A DNA stretch of 64,000 bases from Sphingobacteriales bacterium (GTDB lineage: Bacteria; Bacteroidota; Bacteroidia; Chitinophagales; Chitinophagaceae): the NCBI GenBank assembly GCA_003963365.1, contig RXJG01000004.1, positions 691,842 to 755,841 on the forward strand. The letters run 5' to 3'. Below the pieces are notes generated by a model. The model was not told where the DNA came from and searched no databases. It saw nothing but the letters and a program-made list of their open reading frames with translations. Made by a program: the position numbers and the translations under genes. Positions 9,870 through 19,427 of the stretch are shown in pieces. Numbering within the stretch: the first letter of the stretch is position 1; every line of letters starts with the position of its first letter.

Positions 9870-10262
9870 TTTTATATTTATTGTTGCTAAAATTTTTGAA
9901 TGATAATAATGTTTGAAGGAACGGTTAGTTCCTCCTTTGTCTATTATCGTTTTTGTAAATCCTGATTATAGGGGGCATTTCTTGTTATTTCAACAGGGAC
10001 TAATTTTTTCTAGTGTATTAAAATAATCAGGATAGGGGATCTGAGTAAACTAAAATTTAGGAATAGGATGAGAAGATATTGACTGACCTTTAAAGACGTT
10101 TGCAAAATACAAATTTTTTTAAAAAATGTATAAATGATTAAATTCTTATTTGTTAATGAAAAATAAACGAAAGACGACATATACAGGGCATACCGTAAAA
10201 ACACTTGTGAAGATTACTATTTAACGGGTTGCAAACGGGATAACACTCTTTAAGTTAGCGAT

Positions 10263-10294
10263 AAAAAAAACTGCCCCGGTAACGGGGCAGCTTT
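10263..10294 (-). terminator. intrinsic terminator of the coiled-coil gene
   Basis: The minus strand reads CTGCCCCG-TTAC-CGGGGCAG followed by T8. Confidence 0.75.
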
Positions 10295-10320
10295 AGTTAT
10301 CAGAAATAGGGCTTTGATGT

Positions 10321-11298
10321 TTAGCTGAACAAACCACCTTTTTTCAGTTCACGGGTTCCTTCTCCAATTTTAAACCCGTTTTGGTAGATCTGTACCGTAT
10401 AGTTTCCCGGTTGAAATTTGCTCACTTCTTTCCAGGCAAACTCTACTTTTTTTGTTTTTGCTGCCTCGTAATCGATAGGTACTTTGGTTGTATAAGATTT
10501 ATCACCTTCTTCTCTTGTTGTAAATGTTCCGGAGCCCATTGATTGATCGGTAACCAATTTACCATCAGGTCCAATCACCACAACGTATAAATCAGTTTGA
10601 CCTGACTGTGCTATACGGTTGTTGACATCAAATGAGATCAGCATTTTGTCAACACGTTTAGCTGTTGTAGAAACTTTTTCACTGCCATTATGTTTTACAT
10701 TAATAGGAGTGATGGAAACATTATACGCATTAAGAGTGGAAGCCACATCTACTTTTTTAGCTAATTCTTCTTTTACTGTAGTGGTGGTTGCCAGGTCCTG
10801 TGTTAGTTGTTCTTTTTGCTGCGTTAACACCACTTTTTCTTCACCCAGCGTTTTATTTTCTTGTGTTAAACGGGCAACTTCTGTTTCCAGGCCATTGATT
10901 TTGTCATTCAACTGGGCAATCAGTTCTTTTGCTTTGTTTAATTCAGCCGTAGTTGCATTCTTTTTATTAAGAATGGTGCGGATTTCTTTTTTGTATTTAT
11001 CAATTTCTTTGTTACGCTGTGTTAACTTTTTCTCCAGTCCGTTATTCGTTTCTGTCATGGCATCCAAACGGGCAAGAGAAGCATCAAAGTTTTTTTGAAT
11101 TTCACTCTTGTCATCGGTTACTTTAGCAATTTGCGTTTGCTGCTGGTGAATGGTTTCGTTTGTTTTTGTTTTGTCGAAAGCCATATAACCACCCATGCCG
11201 GCTATACCGGCTGCTAAAAGACCGATAATTAAATTTTTGTAGTCTTTGCGGGGGGGCTGCGATGGTAAATTTGATGCAGGATAATTTGATGTACTCAT
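10321..11298 (-). CDS. membrane-anchored coiled-coil protein with a C-terminal beta domain; function unknown
   Basis: Pro-rich N-terminus, one TM helix (IIGLLAAGIAGMGGYMAF), about 150 aa of heptad-rich Q/E/K/L sequence, then a beta-rich tail. Confidence 0.7.
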   Translation of the reverse strand: MSTSNYPASNLPSQPPRKDYKNLIIGLLAAGIAGMGGYMAFDKTKTNETIHQQQTQIAKVTDDKSEIQKNFDASLARLDAMTETNNGLEKKLTQRNKEIDKYKKEIRTILNKKNATTAELNKAKELIAQLNDKINGLETEVARLTQENKTLGEEKVVLTQQKEQLTQDLATTTTVKEELAKKVDVASTLNAYNVSITPINVKHNGSEKVSTTAKRVDKMLISFDVNNRIAQSGQTDLYVVVIGPDGKLVTDQSMGSGTFTTREEGDKSYTTKVPIDYEAAKTKKVEFAWKEVSKFQPGNYTVQIYQNGFKIGEGTRELKKGGLFS

Positions 11299-11465
11299 AA
11301 AGGTATTTTTTTACAGTTTTTTAAATAAGTTTTTTATAAGAATCAATTTCAATTACTTCAAACAACTTTCTAATACCATGCCATTTTTTAAAATGGAGGG
11401 GAAAATATTTTTCTGAATTATTTATTTTAAGATAGCTGGTTACTAAAAATCAGGAAGTTAGATAC

Positions 11466-12254
11466 TTATCCACCAGTTTTTACGAAGGAAAATCGCTTTT
11501 CATTTAGTTGAGGAAGGATGATTGACCGGGCCTCTTGTTTTGCTTTTAAAAACCCTTCCCTTATTTTTTTGAGGATTAATTTTTCGTCTGTGGGTATTGA
11601 TCGAAGTTTTGTTAACGACAGGTGCGATATAATGGTACACCAATCTTGAAATATACCCAGCTCTGTACTGATAGTAAGCAGGAATTCTTTTTCAGCAGGC
11701 GATAAATAAAATCCATCCACACCCGTTTCTTCCAGTGTATGAAAAGAATAAACCAGGTCCTTAATAATTTTACGGGCATCGTGAATTGATTTGTCTGTTT
11801 TACGGGGGAGTTGAAATATTTTTTTTAAGTCCTCAGTTTTTTTATGGGTAAATTTTTTTACCTGTCTTACGGTTAAATAATCATCTGCATTGGCTACAAG
11901 CATCTCCAGGTCTTTTTTGTAATCATTCACGGCTATATTTTTAAGGCATTCAAGTGAACTATAAATTTGCTGGTTGATGAAGTTGTAAAATTGAGAAAGT
12001 CCGTCAACTGGCTGAATCTTCTGTAATTGATTTTTCAATAACTGCAGTTCTCTTACTTTGCCTGCTGCAGCATATAAATTTTTTAACGGGGAAGGCGTTT
12101 TAAGATTGCCGGTAAGTCGTATAATGGCCCTGATTTTTTTAAACTGCACCCGAAAATCATGAATCAGTTCTTCATCGCTGCTGCTCCTTATCTGTACTAT
12201 AGTTTTATTAATTTTTTTGCAGTGCAATGATAATATCTTGTGCAGTGATTTCAC
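11466..12254 (-). CDS. CHAD domain protein
   Basis: HDFRVQFKKIRAIIRL matches the CHAD signature helix (hDxRVxxKrlR). All-helical, 262 aa. Confidence 0.65.
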   Translation of the reverse strand: MKSLHKILSLHCKKINKTIVQIRSSSDEELIHDFRVQFKKIRAIIRLTGNLKTPSPLKNLYAAAGKVRELQLLKNQLQKIQPVDGLSQFYNFINQQIYSSLECLKNIAVNDYKKDLEMLVANADDYLTVRQVKKFTHKKTEDLKKIFQLPRKTDKSIHDARKIIKDLVYSFHTLEETGVDGFYLSPAEKEFLLTISTELGIFQDWCTIISHLSLTKLRSIPTDEKLILKKIREGFLKAKQEARSIILPQLNEKRFSFVKTGG

Positions 12255-12373
12255 TCATCAAAGGTGATGATTGCACAGATTTAAACCAAAAGTTTTACCT
12301 GCTGAATGGTTTCATTGGCGGTTGCCACCCCCGGCTTATCGCCATCAATATGACCTTCAAAACTGTTTATATT

Positions 12374-13219
12374 TCATCTGTGAGCAATAAATACAGGCAC
12401 CTTGTGATCAGCAATGGTTTCGTAAATAAAACTCTTACGGATAGACACTGACAAACCACTCCTGGCAAAAGAACCGCTCACTACCAGTGATCCTCTTTTT
12501 TCGGCAATCCATTCATTAAAAAATTTTGCCGGCTTTGCTATATCCATCCGCTGCAATGTTAAATTTTTAAAATGCCTGCTGGCTAATTCACTTATCCGGT
12601 TACGTTCCGGCAAATCATCGTCTTTATGACTGGCAAAAAACAAGGTAGTTTCCAGGTCGCATAATTCAGGTAATAACAGGGCAAACTGTTTAATGGCATA
12701 CACCGCATCTTCACTCCCATCATAGGTTAGTATAATATTATTGGGCAACTCGTAGTTTTCGGGAACAACAATTACCGGGCATTCACATCTATGCAGCAAT
12801 CTCTGCATATAATCGTTAGGTTGTTTTTCTCCCACATTAACATAAAAGTTTTCGCCGCTGATAATAAGCAAATCAGCAAAACGGGTTTCGGTAACCAATT
12901 CCTCCAGGGCAAACAGCTCATTATCCATGTGTACCCGGTATTCAAACCCTTTTCGATGGCACACCTCTTCAAAATGACGGATACTTTCTTTAATAATTTC
13001 TTCATTTTCTTTTTCCAGGGTGGGCATAAAAACCGGTCCTCCCAAACCCACTGCCCCCACACCAATTACATCCCTGTAATCAATGGCGCTTAAAAAAATA
13101 CCGGTAAGTAAAATGGGCTCCTGCTCATTAAGGTATTCGGCTATGTTTAATGCGCCTTGTGAAAAATGTTTTCCATCAAAGGCAATGATTACTTTTTTCA
13201 TGTTGAAAGTTTTAGTCAA
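12374..13219 (-). CDS. tandem universal stress protein (UspA family)
   Basis: 281 aa, consistent with two Usp-like halves; ends in GSFARSGL-type glycine motif. The likely true start is MKKVIIAFDG at 13201. Confidence 0.75.
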   Translation of the reverse strand: MTKTFNMKKVIIAFDGKHFSQGALNIAEYLNEQEPILLTGIFLSAIDYRDVIGVGAVGLGGPVFMPTLEKENEEIIKESIRHFEEVCHRKGFEYRVHMDNELFALEELVTETRFADLLIISGENFYVNVGEKQPNDYMQRLLHRCECPVIVVPENYELPNNIILTYDGSEDAVYAIKQFALLLPELCDLETTLFFASHKDDDLPERNRISELASRHFKNLTLQRMDIAKPAKFFNEWIAEKRGSLVVSGSFARSGLSVSIRKSFIYETIADHKVPVFIAHR

Positions 13220-13375
13220 TCAAAGCTATTTATTCAACCGGGGTAATTGGCTGATGGGGGTAACAGGGGGTAATGATTTTCATCAGGGAGCTGTTGAATA
13301 ATCCACCAATTTTGTGCCGAACAATTTTTGAAGGAATGTGTTGTATAGAATTATCTTTAACACAAGAAATCAACC

Positions 13376-13540
13376 ATGGGAATCTTCCGTCAAATAGGGG
13401 AATATTTATACATTAAAAAGAAAGACCCCAACGCTCCCAATACGCAATGGGTTAAGTATATGCACGGCATTAACCGCATATCTATTTTTTTGTTTTTACT
13501 GGCGATGATTATTTTAATTGTGAAGCTGGTAAGGCACTAA
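13376..13540 (+). CDS. small single-TM protein, 54 aa (below the track cutoff)
   Basis: MGIFRQIGEYLYIKKKDPNAPNTQWVKYMHGINRISIFLFLLAMIILIVKLVRH is an amphipathic N-terminus followed by a clean TM helix. It sits in an otherwise empty 430-nt gap. Confidence 0.4.
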   Translation: MGIFRQIGEYLYIKKKDPNAPNTQWVKYMHGINRISIFLFLLAMIILIVKLVRH

Positions 13541-13656
13541 ATCCGGATTTATTCACGGTTGATAAGTGTAAACAGGTTGAATACTTCTTTTAAGTTGAAA
13601 AACACACTAATTAACTACAATTACCGTTTAATTACTTTTAATAAACCGCCCGCTTA

Positions 13657-15009
13657 ATGCTTTTTTTTAATGCTATTACTTTTAAATGGTATAATACGAT
13701 AAGAAGTCTTGGTTTTACAGCTTCGTTGAGTGAATATGATAAACGGAAACTTGCAATTTTTAACGTACTCAATTTCTTTGGTGTTATTACAGGAATTATT
13801 ATACCCGTTGCCGGTATATTTAACGATGATAATTTACCCCCTTTAGCCTGGGTGGTGGCTGTTTCACCGCTCTTCATCAGTTCACTGGCAATTTTCTTAA
13901 CCGGTAATAAAAAACATGAGGCGGCTAAGCTGGTCTATTTTACTTGTTACCCGTTATTTACAGCCCTGATTTATCTTATACGGATTGATGTGGGGATTGA
14001 ATTATTTTTCATCGTATACGGCATATTAGCTGTTTTTCTTTTCCAGAAAAAACGAAATGCTGCCTTGTCCTTTATTTTATCCCTGTTACTCTACTTTGTT
14101 ATACATGTATTGCCGGTGAATTTTTATTCCTTTTCATTGACCGGGGCCAACAGGGGATTTTATTTGTTTAACCAAATTCTGGGTATATTCTTTATTTTCT
14201 TATGCACTTATCTTTTTAAAGAAGAAAATTACAGTTATCTCAAAAGCCTGCAATCAATAAATAAAGAGCTTAACCAAAAAAACGAAGAAATAGCCAAACA
14301 GGCTGCTGAACTCCAGGAACTGGATATATTGAAAAATAAATTATTCTCTATTATTTCGCATGACTTAAAACTTCCTTTATATGCCTTGCGTAATTTATTC
14401 CGGAATGTACAGGACTATGATATTCCGGCAGAAGAAATAAAAGTATTAGTGCCAGATATAGTAAAAGATTTAAATTATACTACCGGTTTAATGGAAAATG
14501 TATTATTATGGGCAAAGTCGCAGATGTCCAGCAATGGGGTTAATGCAGAAAAAATCGATCTACAAAAATTAGTAATGGAAGTAATCGCCTTACTGCGTTT
14601 ACAGGCAGATGCTAAAAAGATTTACCTCGAGTGTAAAGTGGAAGCGCCAGTTTATATATACGCCGATAAGGAAATGATAAATTTAGTTTTAAGAAACCTT
14701 GTGTCTAATGCTATTAAGTTTACTAATGAAAAAGGTGTTGTAAAAATAGGGGCTACTGCTATGAAAAAACAACTGGAGGTTTTTGTTGAAGACACCGGCA
14801 GGGGAATAGAGAAAGAAATACTGGAAAAATTAAGTGGAAATAATTTTTTTACCAGCAGGGGAACTTCAAATGAAGCCGGTACAGGACTTGGTTTGATGTT
14901 ATGTAAAGACTTTTTGAAGAAGAATGGCGGGGAGATGATAATTAAAAGTACACCAGGGTTGGGTAGCAGGTTTTCATTTATTTTACCAAAAAATAATTTG
15001 GTTAATTAG
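13657..15009 (+). CDS. membrane sensor histidine kinase, with no adjacent response regulator
   Basis: About 6 TM helices, a coiled linker, H-box FSIISHDLKLPL, an N-box and a G-box GTGLGL. Confidence 0.85.
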   Translation: MLFFNAITFKWYNTIRSLGFTASLSEYDKRKLAIFNVLNFFGVITGIIIPVAGIFNDDNLPPLAWVVAVSPLFISSLAIFLTGNKKHEAAKLVYFTCYPLFTALIYLIRIDVGIELFFIVYGILAVFLFQKKRNAALSFILSLLLYFVIHVLPVNFYSFSLTGANRGFYLFNQILGIFFIFLCTYLFKEENYSYLKSLQSINKELNQKNEEIAKQAAELQELDILKNKLFSIISHDLKLPLYALRNLFRNVQDYDIPAEEIKVLVPDIVKDLNYTTGLMENVLLWAKSQMSSNGVNAEKIDLQKLVMEVIALLRLQADAKKIYLECKVEAPVYIYADKEMINLVLRNLVSNAIKFTNEKGVVKIGATAMKKQLEVFVEDTGRGIEKEILEKLSGNNFFTSRGTSNEAGTGLGLMLCKDFLKKNGGEMIIKSTPGLGSRFSFILPKNNLVN

Positions 15010-15022
15010 CTCCGGTATAATT

Positions 15023-16144
15023 TTAGGATTGTAAAAAAATTATGATAGATGCCGCAGCTTTTGCTGATGCATGTCCGCCCTGCTGCAATTTTTCTTTCAA
15101 CAGGTGGTAGTCTTCTTTTAATTGTGCCAAACGCTGAGGATTGTTCAACAGTTCATTTAATTCATGCTGAAGATTAGCAACAGTTAAATCATTTTGTATT
15201 AATTCCTTCACCACTTCTTTATCCATTATCAAATTCACCAGTGAAATGTATTTAATGGTGATTAACCTTTTTGCTATTTGATACGAAACCGGATTGCCCT
15301 TGTAACAAACCACTTCGGGCACACCAAATAAGGCTGTTTCCAATGTAGCGGTGCCGCTGGTTACCAATGCTGCTTTGGATTGCATCAGCAAATCATACGT
15401 TTTGCCACTTACATACGAAACGTTTGGATAAGGTTTTAATAACTCATCATAAAAGCTTTCTTCCACACCTGGCGCTTTGGCAACTACAAACTGATAGCCG
15501 GTAAATGATTTACTTACTTCCAGCATTACCGGAAGTTTCTTTAGTATTTCCTGTTTACGGCTGCCGGGAAGTAAAGCAATGACCGATGACCGTTGTTCGT
15601 TGGTTGTTAAATTATTCCGGCCATCGGCTAACGACCAGCTGTCAATGACTTCTACCAGCGGATGCCCAACATATTCCACTTCCCAGTTCCATTTATCACG
15701 GTAATAATCTTTTTCAAAAGGAAGAATGACGAGCATTTTATCAATACATTGTTTCATCTTTTTCACCCTGTTTTCTTTCCATGCCCATACCTGTGGTGAA
15801 ATGTAATAAATAACTTTTATTCCCTGCTGTTTTGCCCACTCAGCAATGCGGAGGTTGAAACCGGGATAATCAATTAATACAACTGCATCTGGTTTAAACT
15901 GCAGAATATCTTCTTTACAAAATTTAAGATTGTTTAAAATGGTTTTGAGATTTTTTATTACTTCTACAAAACCCATGAAGGCAAGATCACTATAATGCTT
16001 TACCAGTTTACCTCCCTGTTCCTGCATTTTATCGCCACCCCAGCAACGGATAACGGTATCTCCATCCAGCTTTTTTAATTCTTTAATTAAGTTGCTGCCA
16101 TGCAAATCTCCTGATGCTTCACCGGCGATGATATAGTACTTCAT
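15023..16144 (-). CDS. lpxB: lipid-A-disaccharide synthase
   Basis: N-terminal MKYYIIAGEASGDLHG and a length of 373 aa. Confidence 0.9.
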   Translation of the reverse strand: MKYYIIAGEASGDLHGSNLIKELKKLDGDTVIRCWGGDKMQEQGGKLVKHYSDLAFMGFVEVIKNLKTILNNLKFCKEDILQFKPDAVVLIDYPGFNLRIAEWAKQQGIKVIYYISPQVWAWKENRVKKMKQCIDKMLVILPFEKDYYRDKWNWEVEYVGHPLVEVIDSWSLADGRNNLTTNEQRSSVIALLPGSRKQEILKKLPVMLEVSKSFTGYQFVVAKAPGVEESFYDELLKPYPNVSYVSGKTYDLLMQSKAALVTSGTATLETALFGVPEVVCYKGNPVSYQIAKRLITIKYISLVNLIMDKEVVKELIQNDLTVANLQHELNELLNNPQRLAQLKEDYHLLKEKLQQGGHASAKAAASIIIFLQS

Positions 16145-16330
16145 ACTTGCAGTGCAAAATACGATAAAAAGAAAATGCCCGTACCCGTCTCAATCCCGGC
16201 GATAGGAGGGAGTCTGCCGGGTAATAGATGTATTAACTTTAAAAAGGGTTTCATGTTGAATATAGTTATACCGTACAAGTGTGCGACGCCTATGCAGCTA
16301 AATAGCAGTACTGTTGCTAAGTACATAAAT

Positions 16331-16353
16331 AAAAAATCCCGCCAACGGCGGGA
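16331..16353 (-). terminator. intrinsic terminator after the DUF2795-like gene
   Basis: The minus strand reads TCCCGCC-GTT-GGCGGGA followed by T6. Confidence 0.7.
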
Positions 16354-16377
16354 CTAAGCAGTAAGTTTTGATAATCG

Positions 16378-16602
16378 TTAATACTCGTCTTCGTTAAAAA
16401 AGAAATCTTCCTGGCTGGGATAATCGGGCCAAATGTCGTCAATGCCTTCATATACTTCACCACCTTCATCTTCCAGTTCCTGTAAGTTTTCAATTACTTC
16501 TATAGGAGCACCACTGCGGATGGAATAATCGATCAGCTCATCTTTAGTAGCGGGCCAAGGTGCGTCTTCCAGGTAAGAAGCGAGTTCTAATGTCCAGAAC
16601 AT
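16378..16602 (-). CDS. DUF2795-like small acidic protein
   Basis: 74 aa with the motif WPATKDELIDYSIRSGAPIEVIENLQEL. Confidence 0.55.
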   Translation of the reverse strand: MFWTLELASYLEDAPWPATKDELIDYSIRSGAPIEVIENLQELEDEGGEVYEGIDDIWPDYPSQEDFFFNEDEY

Positions 16603-16824
16603 GCTGTATAGGGTTTATAATTTTCGTTGTGATTGTTCATTTCTCCTCTGTTCAAACCCCTCTAATTTTCCGCAAATGTAACAGTTAAAACAAAATAACC
16701 AAATCATTTTTAAAGACGGTAGTTCCCGTTCAAAAAAAGCTATTTTATGGAACCGGATACAGTTATTTGAAGGGATTAGTTTAGGTTTGTACACTGTTGA
16801 GTTTTTACTATAATTTAATACCGC

Positions 16825-17475
16825 ATGCTGATAGCAAAGAATATTGTTAAGCGATATGGTGACCTGCAGGTGCTCAAAGGAGTGAATCTTGAAATTAAGA
16901 AGGGTGAAATTGTAAGTATTGTGGGTTCATCCGGCGCCGGAAAAAGTACCCTGCTTCATATATTAGGAACACTGGATACAGCTGATGAAGGAGAAGTAAC
17001 ACTCAACAATATCAGTCCTGCAAACTTTAATGGCAAAGCATTGGCTGAATTTCGTAATAAACATATTGGCTTTGTTTTCCAGTTTCATCATTTATTACCG
17101 GAGTTTACCGCTTTTGAAAATGTATGCATACCGGCCTGGCTCAGCGGTAAAAAAGATAAAGAAACTGCTTTAAGGGCAAAAGAGTTATTAAGTTTATTGG
17201 GCCTGCCTGAAAGAATGGAAAATAAACCGGCTGCACTATCTGGCGGTGAACAGCAACGGGTGGCAGTGGCAAGAGCATTAATTAATAATCCTGATATTGT
17301 TTTTGCTGATGAACCAACCGGCAATTTAGATTCTGCCAATGCAAGGGAACTGCACAAACTCTTTTTTCACCTGCGGGATAAATTTCAGCAAACTTTTTTA
17401 ATTGTTACCCACAACGAAGAGTTAGCTCAATTAAGTGACAGGCTGATACAGATGAAAGACGGAAAGATAATTTGA
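16825..17475 (+). CDS. ABC transporter ATP-binding protein (LolD-like)
   Basis: Walker A GSSGAGKST, signature LSGGEQQR and Walker B IVFADEPT. Confidence 0.85.
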   Translation: MLIAKNIVKRYGDLQVLKGVNLEIKKGEIVSIVGSSGAGKSTLLHILGTLDTADEGEVTLNNISPANFNGKALAEFRNKHIGFVFQFHHLLPEFTAFENVCIPAWLSGKKDKETALRAKELLSLLGLPERMENKPAALSGGEQQRVAVARALINNPDIVFADEPTGNLDSANARELHKLFFHLRDKFQQTFLIVTHNEELAQLSDRLIQMKDGKII

Positions 17476-17492
17476 AGATTTGGTGATGAGTT

Positions 17493-17521
17493 GATTTGAA
17501 GATGAATTCCATTTTCAAATC
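17493..17521. terminator. hairpin between convergent genes, embedded in arrays with an 8-nt period
   Basis: Stem GATTTGAA/TTCAAATC. The flanks read TTTGAAGA TTTGGTGA TGAGTTGA TTTGAAGA and ATTTTCAA ATCTCCCA ATTTTCAA. There is no clean U-tract. Confidence 0.35.
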
Positions 17522-17543
17522 TCCCAATTTTCAAACCAATACA

Positions 17544-18104
17544 TTACACTCTCGGTTTCCACGGAATTTCTTCAGCCTGTAAAAGATGAGCAGCATATCT
17601 TGCCAGCACAAATAAATAATCGCTGAGGCGGTTGAGGTATTTGAGAATGATGGCATCCACTTCCAAACTTTCTAATTCCAATCTTACACAACAACGTTCT
17701 GCCCTGCGACAAACACACCGGGTAATATGTAATTGCGATACAACGGGATGACCACCGGGCAAAATGAATGATTTCATTGGCTCAAGTACTTCATTCATCC
17801 GGTCAATTTCATTTTCCAGTAAAGTGATATCGCTTTCTTTTAAATCGGGGATGCGCATCTTTGGTTCTTTAATAGGATCACAGGCAAGGGAAGAGCCGAT
17901 GGTAAATAAGCGGTCCTGTGTTTCCAGTAAAGTGGCACGGCTTTTTTCATCCGTTAATAAATCACGGCAAAGACCGATATGGGAATTCAGTTCATCTGTT
18001 GTTCCGTATGCTTCAATGCGTAAATGACTTTTAGGAACTTTTGTTCCGCCAATTAAGGAGGTTGTTCCTTTATCGCCTGTTTTAGTATATATTTTGAGTG
18101 CCAT
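17544..18104 (-). CDS. PduO-type ATP:cob(I)alamin adenosyltransferase
   Basis: MALKIYTKTGDKGTTSL start, 186 aa. Confidence 0.85.
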   Translation of the reverse strand: MALKIYTKTGDKGTTSLIGGTKVPKSHLRIEAYGTTDELNSHIGLCRDLLTDEKSRATLLETQDRLFTIGSSLACDPIKEPKMRIPDLKESDITLLENEIDRMNEVLEPMKSFILPGGHPVVSQLHITRCVCRRAERCCVRLELESLEVDAIILKYLNRLSDYLFVLARYAAHLLQAEEIPWKPRV

Positions 18105-18145
18105 AACAATCTTCTTATTACAAATTTATCCGGCAATAGTTCGCA

Positions 18146-18175
18146 AAATAAAAATGGAGAGTAATTACTCTCCAC
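18146..18175 (-). terminator. intrinsic terminator
   Basis: The minus strand reads TGGAGAGT-AATT-ACTCTCCA followed by TTTTTATTTT. Confidence 0.6.
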
Positions 18176-18199
18176 ATATTTTCAACTTTACAAATTTTA

Positions 18200-18907
18200 T
18201 TAATGGCTCATAGCCACACCCGCCTCTTTTTGAAAATCTTTTTCCACCACACCATCCCGCAGCCTGATGATGCGTTTGGCATAATTAGCAATATCTTCTT
18301 CATGGGTTACTAAAACCACGGTATTTCCACTGCTGTGTATTTCTCCAAACAAATCCATTATTTCAAATGAAGTTTTGGTATCGAGGTTACCGGTAGGTTC
18401 ATCGGCCAAAATTATAGATGGATTATTTACCAATGCACGGGCAACGGCCACCCTTTGTATTTGCCCGCCACTCAGCTCATTTGGTTTGTGATGACTTCTG
18501 TCACCTAACCCAACTTTTTGCAGCACATCCATCGCTATTTCATTGCGTTGTTTACGGGAGATACCGGCATATACCAATGTAAGCGCCACATTTTCCAATG
18601 CTGTTAACCGGGGCAACAAGTTGAATTGCTGGAATACGAAACCAATTTCCTTATTACGAACCTCAGCCAAACTGCTATCAGGCATTTTACTTACATCCTG
18701 TCCGTTTAATATATAGGTACCGGAAGTAGGTGAATCCAAACAACCCAAAATATTCATCAGGGTGCTTTTACCGGAACCCGATGGCCCCATCAGCGCTACG
18801 TATTCATTTTTATTAATATCAAGGGTAATTCCTTTGAGTACCTGCAATACCTGGCTGCCCATGTAATAACTTTTGGTAATATTCTGCAGGTGAATAACAG
18901 ATTGCAT
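18200..18907 (-). CDS. ABC transporter ATP-binding protein (MacB/FtsE-like)
   Basis: Walker [10 protein letters not shown], signature LSGGQIQR and Walker B IILADEPT. Confidence 0.85.
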   Translation of the reverse strand: MQSVIHLQNITKSYYMGSQVLQVLKGITLDINKNEYVALMGPSGSGKSTLMNILGCLDSPTSGTYILNGQDVSKMPDSSLAEVRNKEIGFVFQQFNLLPRLTALENVALTLVYAGISRKQRNEIAMDVLQKVGLGDRSHHKPNELSGGQIQRVAVARALVNNPSIILADEPTGNLDTKTSFEIMDLFGEIHSSGNTVVLVTHEEDIANYAKRIIRLRDGVVEKDFQKEAGVAMSH

Positions 18908-18923
18908 CAGTAGTTGATTTAGG

Positions 18924-19220
18924 TTATTGAGGATTATTGATAACTTTTGGAACTTTAAAATATTTATCCGTTTTTTCCGGAGCGTTGCTCAATGCTTCAT
19001 TTCTTTCAACAGATCCTTTTACTTCATCTTTCCGAAGCATGTTTACATTATCACTCATGTGAAGGAGGGGACTAACATTACTGGTGTCCAGTTCGTTCAG
19101 CTTATCTACAAAAGCAATCATCTTTTGCAGATCTTTTTTTATTTCAGCTTTCTCCTGATCGTTAAACTGTAACCGGGCCAGGTGGGCAAGGTTATCCACT
19201 AGTTTATCCGTTACTTCCAT
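18924..19220 (-). CDS. gatC: Asp/Glu-tRNA amidotransferase subunit C
   Basis: [32 protein letters not shown] prefer the start at 19220, which gives about 98 aa. Confidence 0.8.
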   Translation of the reverse strand: MEVTDKLVDNLAHLARLQFNDQEKAEIKKDLQKMIAFVDKLNELDTSNVSPLLHMSDNVNMLRKDEVKGSVERNEALSNAPEKTDKYFKVPKVINNPQ

Positions 19221-19294
19221 GTAACAAATATAGGGGAAAGGTGGCAAGTTGGATTACCGCTGGTGGTTGTTAGTTAACCGCTGAACTTTTTGGA

Positions 19295-19322
19295 GTGAAC
19301 GGTGAATAGTAAATGGTTAATG
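19295..19322 (+). repeat. heptad array GTGAACG GTGAATA GTAAATG GTTAATG
   Basis: Four degenerate 7-nt units read directly from the sequence, in the divergent gatC/trpS spacer. Confidence 0.7.
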
Positions 19323-19345
19323 GGCGACAAAAATTTTCAAATCTT

Positions 19346-19380
19346 GAAACCAGAAACCCGCAACCGAAAACCAGAAACTA
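19346..19380 (+). repeat. heptad array GAAACCA GAAACCC GCAACCG AAAACCA GAAACTA
   Basis: Five degenerate 7-nt units read directly from the sequence. Confidence 0.8.
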
Positions 19381-19427
19381 TTATCTTCGCCGCCTTACTT
19401 GGTAAAAAGAAGCTTTAGCGAAGTTTT

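Noticed and set aside
9870-10320. A 450-nt AT-rich non-coding stretch lies upstream of the T9SS adhesin gene. It was examined for small ORFs, repeats and invertible-promoter-style inverted repeats.
   Set aside because: I found only a 5-bp mini-hairpin and one low-complexity 64-aa ORF (10010-10204). There are no flanking inverted repeats or recombinase gene, so I treat it as a long promoter and 5' UTR region.
10619-11098. A 159-aa plus-strand ORF lies antisense to the coiled-coil gene.
   Set aside because: It lies wholly inside the 325-aa minus-strand gene. Its Ser/Phe/Val/Leu-rich translation is the typical mirror image of a Lys/Glu/Gln-rich coiled coil, and it has no independent signals.
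16145-16330. A 186-nt gap upstream of lpxB contains a CCCGGC/GCCGGG hairpin and two mutually antisense 60-aa ORFs. It was considered as a riboswitch or small RNA.
   Set aside because: It matches no riboswitch core I know (TPP, SAM, cobalamin, FMN, glycine, c-di-GMP). The ORFs are not gene-like. It is most simply the lpxB promoter and 5' UTR.
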